Below, one piece after another: positions 53,897 to 64,000 of a DNA stretch of 64,000 nucleotides. The stretch's first letter is position 1. Each line of letters begins with the position of its first letter. The translations under genes were made by a program, and so were the position numbers. The notes below the pieces were generated by a model that saw only the letters and a program-made list of their open reading frames with translations, was not told the DNA's origin and ran no database searches. Source of the DNA: Vicugna vicugna (Eukaryota); assembly GCA_013265495.1 (NCBI GenBank), contig MU057801.1, positions 2,944,765-3,008,764 of the forward strand, written 5' to 3'.

Positions 53897-54356
53897 TTTT
53901 ACGGAAGGCAAGTTCGTGAGCCGCCACACCATGATGCCAAATAAATGGAAAATTCAGGGTTTGGAGCAGAGAAAGGCTGAAGGCAAGGCCGAGCAAGGAG
54001 GATGGGGTAGCTCGTGCCCAAGAAAACCCCGAACTCCCCGAAGGGATTCAGCAAAGCCAGGCAGGTGAGGAAGGTGAACGCAGGGTACGTGATCAGCTTG
54101 TGCACAGTTCTCTGATGGGTTGACATAGAAGGAGCAGGGCATCAACAGAGCCAACCGCCAGGCGCCAGAAGGTCTGGGGGCCAAGTCATCATCAAGCGGT
54201 TAATTTCTTCCCTTTGGTGGTGGTTTTAAGCACCTGAAAAACTCTGGAAATCTGCATGAGATAGTATGATTTGGGTCGGTCAGAGAGGAGCTGCAGCAGA
54301 GGATCTGGGGGAGGGGTCTGACCTGGGAAGGCCCCACAGGGTCCTGCTGGGTGACA
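53897..54356 (-). mobile_element. ERV1-type solo LTR (cetartiodactyl-like)
   Basis: Minus strand starts tgtcacccagcaggaccctgtggggcc, contains atcagagaactgtgcacaagctgatcacgtaccctgcg, and ends cacgaacttgccttccgtaa. Possible 4-bp TSD tcat/tcgt. Confidence 0.7.
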
Positions 54357-55429
54357 TCGTTAGGGAAATGTCATCACTGGTCACAGAGCCACTATAACTT
54401 CATTGGTGAGCTAACTGGAGCATTTGATTCTCTATCAAAGCCAGAAATTCCAGAAGAGAATGCATATAAATGCTCTTGTTTTCTTTCCCCAAATGTCTGT
54501 GATCCCAGTGTTGAGGCAAGGGGATGTTACACTGAGGGCTCCTTGTTCCCACAGTTGTCCAAGAACAGACAGGGTCAGCCCGAGGGGCCCTGGTATTGCT
54601 CCAGGCCCCACACCTGCATGGCAGGAACAGTGCTGGCAAGATACCCAGGGAGGCAGGCAGAGCTAAGGGCATGAGCTAGCTTTTCCTTATCAGAAACAAG
54701 CAAACAGTTAATAGGCACCATCTTGCTAGTCACTAAAGAAACTGAATTAAAACAACTTAGGCAAGAGCCACAACACAGCAGGCTGTACGTGAGCTGCTTC
54801 CACCTGCCTGGCACTCTGGGGTCGGGGCTGACCCTCCCACTCCCCCCGCACGGAGCGGGAAGGATGTTCTGCCCAGAGATGCCACCGCACACTCATCCCA
54901 CCAGCAACATGAAAGGGCTGTGGCCAGGCTAGAGGAAAGAAGCCAGGGGGTAAGTTTTACATCCAGAAAGAAAGAAAACAGGAAGGCTGAAGTGGTGTTT
55001 CACAGAGCACTTACCCGAAAGCCCCAACTGCTCCGTAAAGAGTCAGAAGCGGGAACAGCTCAGCACACGAACTGCACGTTTTCAACAGCAACGATATCGC
55101 CTCTGTGAACATACTGTTTTCCTTTAAGATCCCTGCATTTATCATTTTTTGAAGTGTTTGCACACGTTGCCATTCTGAATAGTTTCTTTTTGTGGGACAA
55201 CTGTTGCAATTTATTTTTCAGTCAAGTGACCTTCAAGGTTGAGGGAAAAAATAAAAACAGCCCTAGGGGATTTTCTTAACACACCCTCCCAGCTGTGCAG
55301 GCCCTGGGTCTACTCTCTGTGGACAATCAAGCCGCTGGAGAGATGTCTCAACCTCTGACCCCTCAGGAGGACACTTGCTTTTGCTAAATAATCATTTGAT
55401 ATAAAACTAGTATCTCAAGCATGCATCCT

Positions 55430-55600
55430 GTAATGGGCACACTCCTGAACACTGCGGAATTCAGCCTTGTAAGGGAGGCACCATTATTGTCCCCACATGA
55501 CAAGCAAGGAAACTGAGGCACAGAGAGGTTAGGTAATTTGCCCAAAGTCACAGAGCTGGTAAGTGAACGCATACTGAGGTCTAACCGCACAGTTAGAACT
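55430..55600 (-). mobile_element. MIR
   Basis: ggaaactgaggcacagagaggttaggtaatttgcccaaagtcacagagctggtaagtg. Confidence 0.85.
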
Positions 55601-56279
55601 ACCAGCCTTTACATCCTGCCTCATGGCTACTAATTACATGTAAACCCACAAAACAGTTTTGAACAGTTAAAAAAAGATTTTCCCATGAATAAGTGCAAGA
55701 ATCTGAAATCCAGAATACATGGGAAACTGCCTCTCCTAGCTCTAAACCAAACCAGAAGGTCCCATGTTACGCAAGAATTTCATGTGAGTAAACCTAACCA
55801 TAAGGAAAGAACATTAACTCGAATAGTCCCTCAAATCAAAAAGCAGTTCTTCAGCCCAACACTCAGCATCCCAGCCCATTTGTATCCTTCTGTCAGGAAA
55901 CCTTCTCTGCCAAAACCAGGGTGTAACAGTTCTTTTTTGGTGTCAACAGCGAAGAGAGTCAGAGAAAATAACACAGCCTACGAATCTATTTAGACAACCC
56001 TGAGAACAAGCCTCCCGCTCATTATTGTCCCAACTTTCTTATCTTAAATTACAGGCACACAGCTGAGACCCTAAGGGCACATCACACGCAGCTTTGATCT
56101 TCTCTGTTCTCTACACATGCTTAGAAGTCCAGAGAATCCAACGCGGACTGATTATCTTCGGTTTCTCCCAAAGAACGAGCCTGCTGTGAAGGTCAGTTCA
56201 ACACCAACAGCTCAGTGGCCACAAAAGTGGATTCGGAGTCGCCACAAAGTGATCACCTAAGATGCAGATGGAGCGGGAG

Positions 56280-56560
56280 AGGAGGGGTGGGAAGGGACAA
56301 ATGTGGGAGTTCAAGGTTTGCAAATATCAATTACTACATATAAAAATAGATAAAAAACAAATTTCTTCTGTAACGCACAGGAAACTATATTCAGTATCTT
56401 GTAATAACCTTCAATGAAAAAGAATATGAAAATGAATATATGTCTGTATAAGCAGGACTGGGACAGTGTGCTGTACACCAGAAACTGACACACTGTAACA
56501 GACTATACATCAATTAAAACACAAAACAACATAAAACAAAACAAAACGAAACGAAACAAC
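56280..56560 (+). mobile_element. L1 3' terminus with (AAAAC)n tail
   Basis: gggtgggaagggacaaatgtgggagttcaagg...gactatacatcaattaaaac. Confidence 0.85.
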
Positions 56561-57879
56561 GCGCCAGTGGAGAAACCAGGCCATGGGGATATCACAGTAT
56601 TTTGCTATCGCAGTTGCTTGAAGTCCATGCCAGACAAAATAAAGTAAAATGTTACCCTCCTGTGCTGATGCAGTTTCCTTGAGTCAAAGGCACTGAAGAG
56701 GACTCCAGGGCTCTGGGCGGAGCCAGCCCCAGCCTGACACACATGCGTTCAAGAGCTACTGAGACTCGGCCAGAAGTGTCCACTCAGCACTGCCCAGCGG
56801 CCCCAGGGCGGGGAGGAGCCCAGACACACCAGGCACGGAAAGCTCTACAGACACCTTCTCCTGGGGGTGCCTGCCAGCATCCAGCGTAACGGCACCCCGC
56901 CACTCACCCAGAACGGCACCCCGTACAAGACAGAAACCTAGGAGGAAGGGCTGGGCCTCAGGAAGCGGAGCAGCCACGTGTGCTCAGAGAGGGGTCCCCT
57001 TGGCGGAAACCGGCCGTTCGAGCGATTCTAGGATAAATGCCTTCTTGAAGTGCTGTCCTATTCCAAGTCACAGAATTTCAGAGCCTTCCAGTACCTGAAC
57101 TCGCCTTGTCCGTTACCTCGACGGGCCTGGGATACGTGCCCCCACCTGACAAATGGAGGAAACGAGGCACACACGTTCCAAGTGCAAAGACACTTCAAGG
57201 AAGACTTGAGCCAGCCTCCCTCTGAGACGAGCCTGGGACATGCCCGCTCTACCTCCTCGGACGCGCCGCTCACCCACTGTGGATGGGGCGACCCTGAGGG
57301 AACAGCTCTCACCCAGATTTGGTGCTGTGGCGATCAACGGGTTAAACACACAGGCAGTTCCCTGCGTGGCTCCCAGGGGATATTTTGGAGCTGAACAGCA
57401 GGTTTCCACTCCTGAGACAGGAAACCCAGGAAGAGCCATTTGGGGTGGTGGATGGAAGTGAAGACAGAAATCCAGTCTGGAATGTGTTGAGTCTGAAATA
57501 TCTGGGAGGCATGGAGGTGGAACTGAGCGAAGGCGGCTGGATACCTGGCCTGGAGCAAGATGTGAACTGAGGGACTTAAAAAGACTTACACACAAAGATA
57601 CTTGAGCACTGTCTTCTTTGCAGACAACAAAGCCAGAGAAAATACCTTATTTCATCAAATCCACAATGCCACTGATTCCCAGACAAACTACCCAGAAAGA
57701 AAAACCGATGTCAAAACCTGACAACAACGAACATTAAGACAGCAGTGATGATCAGATGCACCCCAGTTCAGAGTGGCTGTGAAATGAAAGCAGCGCATCT
57801 CAGAAAAGACGAAGGACAGTAAGCGTTTACTGGTGGGAGGGATTCAGACTGCAGGGAATCCAGAGTGAACCTCTGTTTC

Positions 57880-58500
57880 TGTAACTTTTTACTCTGAGAT
57901 CATTTCAAATGTATAGAGAAGCTGCAAGAGCAGCACAAAGAATTCTCGAATACTCTGTCTCCCCTTTGCCCCATTTAGCATGTCCATGTTACCATTCTCT
58001 CTCCCCTTCCCCATTTCAGACTGAGACTCAGACGTTGTGCCCTCTTCTCCCTAAAAACTTCCATATGTATTTACACTCGAGGACATAGTCACAGGACAGT
58101 GACCAAACTTGAGAAATGAGACACTGCTACCATACTGTTGGGCCGATTCACCAGTCACACTCAAATTCTGTCCACAGTCTCAATAATGTTCTTTATAGCC
58201 ACCCCTCCACCCCACCACCAGCAGAATCCAGTCCACAGTCGAGCACTGTATACAGCTGTCAGGTTCCTTCAGTCCTCTTTCAACCAGTCTGTCTTTGTGT
58301 ATCTTGACCCTGAAATTTCTGAAGAGTACGGAGGCCAGTTACTTTGTGGAATGTGGTTCAAATGCAGTTTGCCTCATGTCTTTGCACAGTGAGGTTCAGG
58401 TTTTGGTGGGCATACCCCAGGCAAGGTGGTCCCTCTTATCAGGAAGTCATCCATGGGATATGAACTTTGACCACTCAGTTAAGAGGTGTCCACAGCAGGG
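57880..58500 (-). mobile_element. Old L1MC-like 3' fragment
   Basis: atttcaaatgtatagagaagctgcaagagcagcacaaagaa...gaagagtacggaggccagttactttgtggaatgt. Confidence 0.6.
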
Positions 58501-60217
58501 CAGTTACATTTTATGAGAATTTGAATTAGGAGAATTCTAGGTAGTAAAATCGACAAACATCAAAGTCTGATTTTATGTGTACAATCTGAAATAATGAAAA
58601 TTCAAAAAGAATTTAAAATGTATCAAGAACTGCCTAACTTCCAAGCCACATCGCTGCAGGAACCATCACCTACTTTTATGCTTTTGCCAGAGAGCAGGAC
58701 AGACTAAGTATGAATTACACAGGACGCTGCAAACGTCCTGTTTGAAGCAGTTTTCTGAGGAGTGCTACCAGTGGTGAGAACAGGTCTTCCATGTAGATTA
58801 TGGGGTTCAGAAACTGGGCATCCATGTTTCTGGCCCAGTCAGAGGGCAAACTCATCCACCCTTGTCCAGATCCTCAGAGAGCAGTGACCTCATCAAAGCC
58901 AGACCACAGAATCAGGCACTTGCACCCAGGGAGCTAGAAGGCTGGGGCTGCCCTCAGCACAGAGGTATTGCTCCCCTGGGGCAGAAGGCACTGCCCTCCC
59001 TGCTCTCTCAGGGACACTGAGTCCTCAGTTTGACTCCCCGCCCACACAGGACACGCAGCCCCAGAGCGTGAGGAGAGTCTCTCTGTCTAAGGCCCTGTCA
59101 TCGTCCTCAGCAGGGAACCGGTGATGCTGCCCACTGCTGTCCGGTTCTGTCTACCTCTGTCAACGCAGCTGAAAGCCAGGAGGCCACGTGGACGGACAGT
59201 CCCAGCGCCTCCCTCCTTGGGCCACCTGAGCGCAGGTGGGTGAGATGTTCTAGATACAGTGAGCTCTCCCTGGGGTATCAGAGCCTGCTCGTCAGATTCT
59301 GGGCAGACTGCCTTGTTGATTTTTAAAGAATTTCCAACTTCGATTTATGAAATTCCTGTGCCCTGAAACTAAACTCCACATCAGCAATGCTCCATTACAT
59401 TACTTGATATTGGCAAAGTCCAATTTCTTAAGCCATTCACACTATGGCTCACATGGAATTCGGGTTGCCAGATCCCCACTGCACCTCTCCGCGGGTGTCT
59501 GGATAGACCACGTAAGTCACACCTCTGAATCAACATGGAAAATCTTAATTTTTCTTCTTTTATATATATATTTTTCCCTTAATGATTTGTTTTTATGTTT
59601 GTTGATTGATTTCTTTATTTTTAATGGAGGTGCTGGGGATTGAACCCAGGACGAAGTAAGGTAACTGGGTTACAAGAGCACGTGTCACAGCACAAATGGA
59701 TGTGCCGTTTCCTCTCATGGAAGACAAAATAACTGTCAACACACAAAAGCTGGTACGTACCAGAGCTTCCCAGAATCACTGCAGGGCTCGGTTCACTTGA
59801 GACCATGCACCAGTCCTGAGAAACAAGAAGGCATCAGCCCTCGAAGTCTAAGGAAGGACAGACAGTCCAGGGTTGAGAGACACAGACAGGGGCAGCCAGC
59901 AGCACCAGATCCAAGCTCCAACCTCAAGAGGCTAAAAACACAGAATGCTCCAGGAGCCTCTTTTGTCCTTCGGTTCAAAAACAACAACAGCAGAACCTTT
60001 TGGGGGAGAGGTCTCACTGGGCTCTCAAGGTCCCCAAGGATGGGGGAAGGAAAGCCTTCCACGACCACCACCCTCCAAACAGCTCCAGGTAGAGTCTGAC
60101 CCACAGTTTTAGCTTCCTGCTTGTGATTAACCAAACTGCTGGCCTTGAGCCTGAATTCCTAATTTGTACTTGGAGCCAAGGACTAAGCTAAGCCTAGATG
60201 GAAAGTCCAGTCAGAGA

Positions 60218-60355
60218 GGGAAGGGCATAGCTCAGTGGTGGAGTAACTGCCCAGCACGCACGAGGTCCTGGGTTCAACCCCCAGTCCCTCCATCAAAATA
60301 AATAAACACACACAATCACCCACCCCCCCAAAAAACAAAAAACAAACAAAAAAAG
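60218..60355 (+). mobile_element. Camelid-type tRNA-derived SINE
   Basis: gggaagggcatagctcagtggtggagtaactgcccagcacgcacgaggtcctgggttcaacccc + tail. Confidence 0.88.
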
Positions 60356-61360
60356 TTTGGGTTACTGCCGATTAGCCTTTTAGGAAATGACCACAGAACC
60401 ACAGAGCAAAGTGGCCAGGGCACTGGAAACACCCTTCCAGGCTAGAGGCACTGTTCTTTCCAGTCAGGAGCCACACCACGCCCCTGACTCCACCTCTGAA
60501 ACTTCCAGAGTTTTTGTCTCCTTTTAGACCCTCTTGAGCCAGGGAAGGAGAGAGATATTTAGCAACCATCTGTTCATGGCAAGATCCAAAGTACGCGTCC
60601 AAGGGCTCTCTCCCATGTCCCAGTCCCAGTCCCATACACCACATGTGCCATCTTCCAAAACAAAATACAGAACCATCCACTAACCCGCACCGAAAGCCAC
60701 ACACCAGAGAAGGGCAGGATCTGAGCCCTGAAGACACACAGTACACGTGCAACTGTTCTGTTACTCTATTTTGCACCATCAAATGTTCATAAGGACCAAG
60801 GACACAGAACAGAAGACACAGCGACACAGTTACAGCATGCCATCAGCTGCCAGCAATGACGTCAGCTCACCCACCTGCGAGTAGCCCTGCAAAGCACAGT
60901 GTCTGGAATAAATATGAGCTGGAGAAAAAGTTTTCCACCAAGGTTTACACAAACTCCTCAACTGAAAAAAAGTTAAAACCAGAACTTTCTGCCTATAAAA
61001 CGTTCTCTTTGTAGTTGGATGATGTTAAATGAATCTAAAGCTCAGGTTCTTCGGAGAAGGCTTGCTATTTCACCATTCTGCAAAAAACGACTGTGCTCTA
61101 GTTTCTACCGAATCTGAGCTACAGGTAAACACACGGCCCACTGTTATTCGCCAGTATAGACCAGTTTGATTTGTAATAGTTTAAACCACCTCAGATGACG
61201 TGTAAACCACAGAAAAGGGACAGCACAGCATGGTGGTACCCACTATCCTGTCTTCGCTTTTTTTTTTTAATATACACTTAAGTCTTTCACATGGTTCATA
61301 AAACCGAGAGGCTGTTGACTCAGTCTTCTGTTTAACAGGCAGTTTTATCTATCATTATTT

Positions 61361-61484
61361 TTTAGTTTTTATTATTTTGGGGGGGAAGGCAACTAGATTT
61401 ATTCATTTATGTATTTAAGGGAGGTAGTGGGGATTGAACCCAGGACTCCGAGCACGTGCTCTACCACTGAGCTATACCCTTCCC
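61361..61484 (-). mobile_element. Camelid-type tRNA-derived SINE with TSD
   Basis: Minus strand: gggaagggtatagctcagtggtagagcacgtgctcggagtcctgggttcaatcccc. TSD atcattattt at 61351 and 61487. Confidence 0.88.
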
Positions 61485-61579
61485 GCATCATTATTTCTTT
61501 TTAAATTTTCTGCTTTAAAAAGCATTTTAAGTCCAATGAGGAAAACCTGGAAGTCACCACAGCGGCCTCTGAGGAGCAG

Positions 61580-62700
61580 CTCCCCGTCGCTCGCAGCCGC
61601 CCCGCCCTGTGGACAGTGCCAGCGCAGGGCCGCGGGTCCACAGGGCCCACAGTGGGGCCGTGGGCACCACTCGCCCCTCCAGGCCCTCCAGCTCCGCAGC
61701 TCTCGCCCGGACCCCCTCCTGTTCACAGCTCGGCCTACGGCTCCGGGAGCAGAGGGAGCCGAGCGACCTTCTTCACTTCCATCCTGCGAGCGGCGCTCCC
61801 AGGAACCAGCACTAACCCCAGGGCAGGGCTTGTGGGACCGGCGACTGAGGCACCGGCGGGAGGAAGGGACCTTCTGCAAAACTATTCACAGCAGGCAAAG
61901 CCGGCAACGCGCCTTCCGTCTCGGAGCGCGGGTCCCCGCTCCTAACGGGTTTCCCAAGAGCGAACTCGTAACGCAGCGAACGGACGCCGGCAGGTCCCGG
62001 AGCTCCTGCGCCGTGGGAATCTCCTTCAGAGCGCGTCCCCTGCAGGAACGACGCCAGCGGCCGCTCGCAGAGCCCGCCCGGCCGCGCCCCGCGCCCGCCC
62101 GCCGGCCGCTGAGCCGAGGCTCCGGAGCGCCGGCCCCGCCGCGCCCACCCCGCCCCCCAGGGTCTCGGGGGTGCGGGCCCCAGACCCGAGGCGGAGCGAG
62201 GCGCGGGGCCCTGGCACCAGGTCCGCACTAGCCCACCCTCGGCGCCCGCTCACCTGGGGGCCGGGGCGCCTCCGGTTCCGCCCGCACGCGGACAGGACGA
62301 GATCGCCGGGCGGGCGCTCGCCTCCCGGCCGCGTCCCGCCGCCGCTCTTTGTGTCTGGAGGCCCTGGCGCCGCGCTCCTCCCGGTCCGCAGGCGCCGCGC
62401 TGCTTGGGGCGCGGGCTGCGGGGCGGGGCCGGGTGGTGGGTGGGGCTGGCGGGCGGGGCCAGAGGCCGCAGGGCCAAGGCAGGGGCGGGGCCGGAGCGGA
62501 ATCGGCGTAGGTGGGCCGTACCCGGGGCCACCGTGCGGGAGGCGGGGCGTGGCCGGGGCGGAATGGGCGGGGCCGGGCGGGGACCTGGGGCCCGTGGGGC
62601 GCACGGGGCCGGTGGGGCCGCGTGGGAAGAGTGCGGGGTGGCTACTCGAGAGCCGACGGGGTCCCCGCAGACCGGGGTGGGTCTCGGGAAAAGTTTAGAG
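61580..62700 (-). promoter_or_regulatory. NINL: CpG-island promoter of NINL with multiple GC boxes
   Basis: Very high GC and CpG density. Repeated GGGGCGGGGC/GGGCGG boxes at ~62420-62580. No obvious TATA box. Lies ~25 kb upstream of the first coding exon. Confidence 0.85.
62254..62400 (-). other. NINL: NINL non-coding exon 1 (5' end approximate)
   Basis: Strong donor CAG|gtgagc on the minus strand at 62254/62253, inside the CpG island and just downstream of the GC boxes. TSS is inferred. Confidence 0.65.
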
Positions 62701-62859
62701 CCCCAGGGAGTGAACCCTGGGGCTGACCTCGCTGATCTGTGTGAGTGATGCTCCCTTCACAGGTCTTGGCCTGGCATCTTCCTCCGGTAACAACCCCGGG
62801 AGGTTGGTCAGGCCATACCCCAATTCGCAGTTGAGACACTTTAGGTTATTGCCTTCCAT

Positions 62860-62945
62860 CATGTATTCAATCAATAAATATTTACTGAGCACCTACTAAT
62901 GCCAGGCATTGTCCTAGAGGCTGAGAACAGAGCAGTGACAATGAG
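62860..62945 (-). mobile_element. L2 3' end fragment
   Basis: attcaatcaataaatatttactgagcacctactaatgccaggcattgtcctag. Confidence 0.8.
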
Positions 62946-63254
62946 CATAGGGAGTTGGCAAAAAAAAATCCCTGCCCCTGGGCGGGGAGAGTATAGCTAA
63001 ACCAAATACCCCTGTACCTGAAGAAACTGTCTTTCCTACAATACTTACACCCACTGGGTCCTGGGCACCACTGTATCTAAGATGCTTGTGCATCTTAGAT
63101 GGTACATACATGTATGAGATCAGAAACCGTCCACCTCCATCAGTATTCCAGGTACAGTGCACTCTAGGCCTTCCTCTGTACAGTGTTTGGGGGAGCCTGT
63201 GGACAACTGAGAATTTATGGCTTTCTGAGTATACCACTATGAGGAATCTACAGA

Positions 63255-63296
63255 TAAAAAACAGACAAAACATCATTGTTAAATCACTTTTTTAAT
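63255..63296 (-). terminator. Candidate polyadenylation site on the minus strand
   Basis: ATTAAA (63296-63291), a CA ~15 nt downstream, then the GU/U-rich element TGATGTTTTGTCTGTTTTTT. Confidence 0.4.
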
Positions 63297-64000
63297 CTTA
63301 AGAAATATTACTCTAAAACAAAAACATCATTAAGAAAATAATAGGTCATTCCAAGATTTCTTAATATCTTCTGTAACATTCCACTCAGAAGGCAGAAAAT
63401 CACAAAGTTCTTCCCTAAGGAAGGGTGCAAATGGAATGTAATACTGCATTACCACATTGTCTAGAATACAAACTGAAGACGAGGAAACTCAGTTATATCA
63501 TTCCCCCCAGCTCACTTCTGCGGAAGAACGGCAGCTCGACATCCTGGGTGCTCTGAACGCGGCCCACAGCTGTGACCTTGGATCAGTGATCCCGGTGATC
63601 CTCCTCAGTCAGCATTAAGGATGCGCCGTGCTTACACTTGTCCTGTGGCAGGCGTCCTCCGCATCACACTCCGATCCACCACAGAAATCACGCACACAAC
63701 TATTCTTCTGTCACGATCCTCCTACCTAACAATTTTAAACCAGCTAAGGTAGAACTGAGGTCACATAGGCACCGCGCCAGGAAGAGCTACATGGGAACCA
63801 CTCCCTGTTCACAAACATCCAGCTTCAGAGTGACAGCACCCTGGACAGGCAAGGGCACAGTCACATTTTAAAAAAGGAAGAGTGAGAAGTCAACAGGCGT
63901 AAGCACCAGTGGCAGAGAATCCTGCTCTTGGCAGGATGCTTGAAGGAGCCACGGCTGTATGTATCCTAGCAATCTAACATTTTACACTGGTAGTTCCTTA

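Noticed and set aside
61434..62748. Long Pro/Arg/Gly ORFs (265, 192, 175 aa)
   Set aside because: Stop-poor CpG-island sequence. One starts inside a SINE. No recognisable domain.
63636..63726. Minus-strand exon-like stretch (tag|GAGGATCG...AAGT|gtaagc)
   Set aside because: Poor polypyrimidine tract and an unrecognised peptide. More simply UTR or intergenic sequence.

Overview
Mammalian genomic DNA, probably a camelid (Camelus/Vicugna), judged from the tRNA-derived SINE and L1 3' UTR types. The window holds the 5' part of NINL (ninein-like, a centrosomal EF-hand/coiled-coil dynein adaptor) on the minus strand. It includes a CpG-island promoter and non-coding exon 1 (~62.3 kb) and 15 coding exons (2-16, 37524 down to 3686, 2165 nt, ~722 codons), all with GT-AG boundaries and consistent phases. 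The gene continues past the left edge. Introns are full of L1, SINE, MIR, L2 and LTR relics plus a few tandem repeats. I found no prokaryote-type system, CRISPR array or convincing novel gene. The best leads are: a stop-free in-frame intron 15; a possible read-through/intronic-polyA isoform truncating NINL; a strong out-of-frame uATG; changes in degron, phospho-site and viral-protease motifs; strong GC drift of ancient repeats; an L1 subfamily with a swapped 3' end; and a probable upstream-gene polyA site ~0.9 kb from the promoter. Human NINL comparisons and repeat family names come from memory, not from searches.
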